Of a stretch of DNA of 64,000 nt, positions 58,416-64,000 are shown piece by piece; position 1 is the stretch's first letter; the number at the start of each line of letters is the position of its first letter. A model generated the notes under the pieces. It searched no databases. It worked only from the letters and a program-made list of their open reading frames with translations, and was not told where the DNA came from. Origin of the DNA: Trichodelitschia bisporula. Taxonomy: Eukaryota. A program made the position numbers and the translations under genes. The stretch is taken from positions 1,692,691-1,756,690 of the forward strand of contig ML996689.1 in the NCBI GenBank assembly GCA_010356995.1. Direction: 5' to 3'.

Positions 58416-58726
58416 GGGCGGGTTAAGGTTCTTTGTGGGGTTTTTGGCGTGCATTCCAGGTTTTTAACAGCGGTTCTTGCGGCGCTCTGGGGAGGTAATG
58501 CGTTGATGGTGATGTATATCTACCTGCCTGTTTGGGACGATCAAGATGAGATAAGATAATGGAAACGAAGTTGATATGGGATCACCTGATACCGTGACCC
58601 TGCCGTCGCGTGTTTGACGTGCGGGGCGCATCTCCGCGACCTCGACGTCACGCCCATCGCCATAACCGCATATTCGGATCGCATATCCTGGAATTCGCAC
58701 ACCTCACACGCGTATGCACCTCCACC

Positions 58727-61216
58727 ATGCTAGGAAAGTGGCTCGGAAAACCGGCACCTGAAGGACTGGGCGAAGGAAAGGAGAATAAACAGGGCGGTCG
58801 CGCGCGGAAGGCGAAGGGCTCGCCAATACCCACAGATGGAGCGAAGCAAGAGGTCGTGGAGAAACCTTGGATGCTGCCGACGCGCAAGCGCAAGCGTGGT
58901 ATCGAAATCGTTGGCGCTGGCCAGACCCGCGACGAGGAGATCGCATCTGAAGGACCCGGAGACGAAACACGCGCAGCTGTTAAGCCCGACCCGGATGCGG
59001 TATCTGACGCCGAAGCCGATGGCGACACGAATCTGGTGGGTGATGCCGAGTCCGCAGGCCTGAAATCAGGTCTCGAGGCCGTACTACCCGATTTCAGCCC
59101 CGAAGAGGTACCGGAAGAGACGCGCGGGGGTTTATATCTCGATGCCTTCACGCTAGCGCTAGATACGGTGCTAGAAGACGAGGCTCATCTGTTCGACGAG
59201 CGGGAACGGGGGGTGTTTGAGGCGTGGAGGGGGATGGGGAGAGGGGCTAGGTGCTTGTGAGTCTGCGCTCATGGTAGAGGAGGACGAGATGGGCTGATTT
59301 CGTGGTGTAGATACGTGCGGCTCTTCCTCCGCAAGCACGCCTGGCACCGTACATCCTCGCTCTCCTACGCCGAAGTCCCCGACCTAGATGCCGCCCTCGC
59401 AGAACTACACGCCGAACGTACACTCCCCGCCCCAGCAGCGGCGGAACCCGAACTGGAATCTTTCCCAGACGTCGACGCGCCGCCCCCGCTCTCCTCGCCT
59501 TTCTCCTTCGCCATCCCATCCACCCATATTACGACCCTCGAAGAAGCAATCTCCCTCCTGCATCTCGACGAGCTCAAAGTCCTCGCCCGCTCGGCAAAGG
59601 TATCCGGCAAGAACAAGACCGAACTAATCGCTAACCTCCGTCGTGCCCGCAAAGGGCAGCGCAGCGTACACGCCATGCTCTCGCGGCACAGCTCCACCAC
59701 CTCAACCTCCTCAACCTCCACTACCCCTCCGCCTCCCAACCCCACCCCCACCGAACCCGACAGCCCCCTCCTCCACCTCACCCTCTCCCTCACCGGCCCC
59801 CTAACCCGCCTCTCCCCCTCCCCCCACACCCTCTTCAATCGCATATTTCTCCTGCACCACCGCTCCCCAACCCCCTCCCCCACCGCCCTAACAAGCATAA
59901 TCCTCTCCCGGTCCCACAAACGGACCTACGTCCCCGTAACCCCCTCTCGCGTACCACTCTTCCCCTCCCGCCCCGCCCTCCTCGCTTTCGAAGCCGCGCT
60001 TAGACTGGAGAGCCGCGCCGACGCGCTCCTGTCCGGCGCGCCCACAGAAGCTGCATGCCATGAGGTCGTCGCGCTGGCGGATGGTATCCTCCCGGAGTGG
60101 ATGTGTCTTGTCCTCACGCCCCCTTCCATCCCTACCAGTCCTTACATGCAGCGCTATACCGCCGCCCACGTCTATACGCGTATTCTCACCCTCGCAACCC
60201 GCGCCCTGGCCCGGCTCCACTCATACTCCTCCGAACACACCCTCCTCTCCACCCTGCTCTCCCAGCACTCCTTCTGCCCGCACCGCCGCGGCGCCTGGGC
60301 CGCCCGCAAAGCCCTCCTCGAAGAACGCCATCTCGGCCTCGGGGACCCGGGGGCTCGGGCGACGTGGAAGCGTGAGGCGGCGATGACGTGCCGCACCGCG
60401 TTAGCCGAGGGCGTGGGCGTTGTGTGGGGCGGGGAGATCGGGAGGCGGTTGGGCAGGCTCGAGAAAGCGCTCGGCGTGCCGCGGGTGGAAAGATGGCCTG
60501 CTCCCCCCGCGGGTGCTGGGTACACGAAAGCAGAGGTCGTGGGCGTGCAACTCGTCCCCGCTAAACCGGCGGCTGGGACGCGGACGGTGTGGGTTGATGG
60601 GGATACGGGGGAGGGGTGTACGGTCGAGCACATGGTCCTGTCGCACTACGTCGCGCAGGGATGGAGGGGGGCGCATTGCGAGGCCGGGCTGCCGAGGACA
60701 CTATTCGCGGTTCTACTGTGGGACGCGCTTTTTGCGCCCGTGGAGGGCGTGTGGGCTAGCGAGTTCCAGATGGGGCCGTTGGATTTGGCGGCGGAGGGGT
60801 TTTATGAGGCTAGAAAAGAGGTTGTGGAGGCGTGCTTGGAGAGGGTGGGACGGGGAGAGGGGGAGAGGGTGGTCCGGAGTGTTTGGGCGAGGTACGGCGA
60901 GTGCGAGCCGGTGGTTGTGGGGCTCGATTGGGGGGTGGGGGAGGAGGAGGTGTGTGCTTTGGTGAGGTGTTTCCCGCCGGCTGGGTTGGTGGTTATGTTG
61001 CGGGTCCTGGCGGAGGAGTATGCCCGGTGTGCGGGGATGCCGGATCTACTGCTTTGGCATGTTGAGAAACAGGAGGTACGGTTTGTGGAGGTTAAGAGTG
61101 AGAATGATAGATTGAGTGAGGGGCAGAGGGTTTGGGGCGCGGTGCTTGCGCAGGCGGGTGTTCAGGTGGAAGTATGTAGGGCTGTGGCGGGTGAGGTGAG
61201 GGTATTGGAGGAGTAG
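58727..61216 (+). CDS. FAN1: Fanconi-associated nuclease 1 (VRR-NUC domain)
   Basis: YLDAFTLALDTVLEDEAHLF, L|YVRLFLRK, EFQMGPLDL, GMPDLLLW..FVEVKSENDRLSEGQRVW; intron about 59257-59310. Confidence 0.95.
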
Positions 61217-61457
61217 GGGATGAGGGTTAGGGTTAGGCTTGGGGGATGGCATGAGGTGGTGTCAACGGTGGATTGCTGGCTATGCTTGGTATACGCAAGT
61301 AAAGTCATCTAGCGAAGGCTCCTGTACGGCTTAAGGCCATTCAGCCTCATCCAACAACAACCACCCCTCCTCCACCCACCCTAACCCCCAAAAGAAGAAC
61401 CCAAAACACCATCTACAGCGCCAAAACGCACCCACACAGCAACCAATATGTACACAC

Positions 61458-64000
61458 CTACACCTCCTCATCACTATCCTCCCCCAACAATTCTCCCTCA
61501 TCCGCCGCATCAACAACCGCATAATCCCCCCGTCCCCTCGCAAACGAACTCCGCGTCGTATACCTGCGCCCCGCATACCCGCCCCACAAACCCCGCAACC
61601 CCCTCCACGCCGCCCCAAGCACCAACGGCGTCGCAGAAAGCACCGCAACCAATGCCGCAAGCGCAGCGACGGGGTACGCAATCCAAGGATTCTGCCCATC
61701 CCTCGTCTCACCCAGCCGTATCCGGCCGAACTTCCCGTCCCAGTTGCGCCACACCCAGTACCCGACGCCCGAGGCCGCGGCGATGGGGAGCACGATTGCG
61801 AAGAACAGCGCGAAGCCCGAGGGGCCCCGCTTGCGGACGTATTCGTCCTCTTTGCCGGGGCACGGGTGCGTCTGACTCGCAAAGTCCATCTCGCGGCCGC
61901 CGGTACAGGTGGAGATGGGGATGCGGCGGTAGGGCGTGACGTCGTGGTACTCAAACGCACTAGGATCGTCGCGACATACCTGCATCGGGTCGGCGGGTTG
62001 GAGACCGGGGACGAGGCGGCAGGTGCCGTCGGGTTGGCGCTCGAAGTTGTAGTCGCTGTACAAGTTAGCTAGCGGTCTGGGGATACGAAAAAAAGGGGCG
62101 CACCATTCAAAGTCCTGGCGCGTGCACGAGCAGTTGCGCCCTATGTCGTGGAGGCGGTCGATGGGGGGGCCGTTGAAGCACACGCGGTCTGTGCGCTTGC
62201 GGTAGTATTGCGCTTGGTGGCCGAAGAGGCAGTCACTTTCTTCTTTCTTGAGCGGGTGTTTGGGCGTCCAGAGCCAGTAGTCGCTGTCGTCTAGGTTCTC
62301 CTTGTCCAGCTTGCACGGCTTGTCGGCCAGGCCCGTGAAGTCGAGGTTCACGGTCGTGAGGCGGCTCCCCAAGTGCCCCCAGAGTACAAAATTGCGCGAG
62401 TTGTCGCTGGGCACCGTGCTGATCTTCTCGATGCGCATGTTGGTGTCGCTGAATTGAAATTCTTGCCAGGTGTCGCCCTCATCCACCGAGTAGAACGCCA
62501 TGTTCGTCGGCTCGTTCTTCTTCACCAGTACTACGATTGCGCCCTGGTCGCCGTACTCCCACATGTAGATGCCGTTCTTCGCCACAATCCACGTGATGCC
62601 GCCGTCCCGCGTGATGAACGTATCGCCCTCGTTAGCCGGGCCGAGATGCTCGCCGACGTTGCCGACGCCGAGCATCAGCCCGACAGCGGATGGCGACGAG
62701 TACGTGTCGCGCGGATCGGTGCGCTCAGTGTACCCGTGCAAGTGCAGCGCGCACTTATCAAGCCCCTTGCCGGCGCAGGGATACGACTTGCCGAGGAAGT
62801 CCTTCGCAGGCGGGGAAAGGTAAGCCCAGTCAGATCCATCGTCGTGCGTGATCATAGTCTTGAGCTTCTTCGGCGCGCCATTATCAACCTCCTTCGGGTT
62901 TGCCACAACATTCACAATCGCCACACCCTCGAGGCCCTGCATCTTCTCGAAATCGACGTAACCGCGGCGGTTGCGGTTCACGTTGTTCAGCGTCAGCACG
63001 TACGATGTGCCGTTCGAGTTACTCTTCAGGATGGACCCGTACTCGTGGTCTTGCTCGCCGTTGACCGTCACGTGCAGGAAGACAGCGTTCGTCGAGCTGT
63101 CGAGCACCGTGTACGCCGTCTGGTGCTCGACCTGAAAGTTGGGCGGGAAGGCCGCCGGCGCAAACTGCCGCCCGTCGACGCTGGCGTCCACCTTCAAGAA
63201 ATCCTTGTCCTTGGCCGCAACCACGATAAACTCAGACATGGTCGCAAAGTTGACCACATCCTCAAACACCTGCGTCTTGTGGTCGAACCAGTCTTCGCTA
63301 TAGACGAGGTCCTTGGGCTTGCTGTGGTCGTCGGCCTGGTGCTGCGTGCAGTAGATGAGCTGCTCGCTCTTCGAGCGGCCCTCGCGGTACATGAACTGGC
63401 ACTTGTCGACAGACCGCAGCAGCACGTCCCAGTCCTGTCCGTTCTTCTTAGACACGTGCGCCAGCGTGTGGCAGTCCTTGCTGCCGGGGCGGCAGTCCTT
63501 ACGGCCGATCCACAGCAGCCAGTCGGGATTGTTCTCGTGGAAGTTGATGACGGAAATGCCGGGCGCCGGGATGTCGGGGGCTTCAAACGAGTGGATCGTC
63601 TCGCCGCGGTCCTCCGAGTAGTACACCTTGCGCGACGGCGTGATGAAGTAGACATAGTCCTGGTTGAACTGATGGGGATAGATGGCAAGGATCTTCTCGT
63701 CCTTCGTCACCTGTTTCCACGACTTGCCATGATCCTTCGTGATGTACAGCTTGTTCTGGTCGCTCAGCATAACAATCGTCTCATCGTGGCCCGACGCCTT
63801 GGGGTCGCGCTCAAGGTAAAAGAACTGCGCGTACTGCTCCTCGCGGAACTCGTGCACCTGTACCGAAACCTTGCCGCTCGCCGGCGGGCTCAGCGCCTCG
63901 CTGCACGGCCGCTCTACCAAGTCGTCCTTCTGCGCCCCGCTCTTACGCTTGCAGTCATTCCCAGGAATGAGGCGCCACCCAGACGAGCCCTTGAACTTGT
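61458..64000 (-). CDS. VPS10: Vps10/Pep1 vacuolar sorting receptor, 5' end outside window
   Basis: Asp-box repeats (TKDHGKSW, SEDRGET, THDDGSDW, TRDGGITW), Cys-rich region, TM FALFFAIVLPIAAASGVGYWVW, acidic tail; 48-nt intron 62103-62056. Confidence 0.96.
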   Translation of the reverse strand, partial: KFKGSSGWRLIPGNDCKRKSGAQKDDLVERPCSEALSPPASGKVSVQVHEFREEQYAQFFYLERDPKASGHDETIVMLSDQNKLYITKDHGKSWKQVTKDEKILAIYPHQFNQDYVYFITPSRKVYYSEDRGETIHSFEAPDIPAPGISVINFHENNPDWLLWIGRKDCRPGSKDCHTLAHVSKKNGQDWDVLLRSVDKCQFMYREGRSKSEQLIYCTQHQADDHSKPKDLVYSEDWFDHKTQVFEDVVNFATMSEFIVVAAKDKDFLKVDASVDGRQFAPAAFPPNFQVEHQTAYTVLDSSTNAVFLHVTVNGEQDHEYGSILKSNSNGTSYVLTLNNVNRNRRGYVDFEKMQGLEGVAIVNVVANPKEVDNGAPKKLKTMITHDDGSDWAYLSPPAKDFLGKSYPCAGKGLDKCALHLHGYTERTDPRDTYSSPSAVGLMLGVGNVGEHLGPANEGDTFITRDGGITWIVAKNGIYMWEYGDQGAIVVLVKKNEPTNMAFYSVDEGDTWQEFQFSDTNMRIEKISTVPSDNSRNFVLWGHLGSRLTTVNLDFTGLADKPCKLDKENLDDSDYWLWTPKHPLKKEESDCLFGHQAQYYRKRTDRVCFNGPPIDRLHDIGRNCSCTRQDFEWCAPFFRIPRPLANLYSDYNFERQPDGTCRLVPGLQPADPMQVCRDDPSAFEYHDVTPYRRIPISTCTGGREMDFASQTHPCPGKEDEYVRKRGPSGFALFFAIVLPIAAASGVGYWVWRNWDGKFGRIRLGETRDGQNPWIAYPVAALAALVAVLSATPLVLGAAWRGLRGLWGGYAGRRYTTRSSFARGRGDYAVVDAADEGELLGEDSDEEV

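Noticed and set aside
18927..61216. MPH1/FANCM and FAN1 in one window as a Fanconi-pathway cluster
   Set aside because: About 36 kb apart with many unrelated genes between; chance proximity is sufficient.
61217..61245. GGGTTAGGGTTAGG after the FAN1 stop as an interstitial telomere
   Set aside because: Only about two units within generally G-rich 3' sequence.
2992..62103. Seven stop-free introns of length 3n (SFI1, CK2, HET, 29908 gene, ARS2, 41714 gene, VPS10) read through by the ORF track
   Set aside because: All have canonical splice signals; short GC-rich introns often lack stops and I cannot show an excess.

Overview
GC-rich, intron-containing DNA from a filamentous ascomycete (short GT..AG introns with CTRAC/CTAAY-type branch sites); no prokaryotic features, rRNA, tRNA or CRISPR seen. 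Most of the window is conserved housekeeping genes: IleRS (5'-truncated), Sfi1, RNase P p30, CK2 alpha, Mph1/FANCM, a GPI-anchored Cys-rich protein, capping protein beta, a HET-domain gene, a PX-domain protein, Ars2/Serrate, TspO, Cgr1, a mitochondrial carrier, Pxmp4, a PTH11-like receptor, FAN1 and Vps10 (5'-truncated). Two accessory islands interrupt it. Island 1 (about 6.4-15.3 kb), once its introns are spliced by hand, holds two divergently oriented tandem paralogue pairs of unrecognised families (A1/A2 on minus, B1/B2 on plus), a C2H2-finger ORF and a central inverted repeat. The outer copy of each pair is frameshifted. Island 2 (about 47-52 kb) holds a piggyBac-type transposase fragment abutting a truncated NLR-type alpha/beta-hydrolase exon, a decayed PD-(D/E)xK-like ORF and TGATG-core satellites. 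The Ars2 gene is followed by a diverged but still open duplicate of its own C-terminal coding end. All family calls come from motif recognition by eye; no database searches were run, and exon boundaries are manual predictions.
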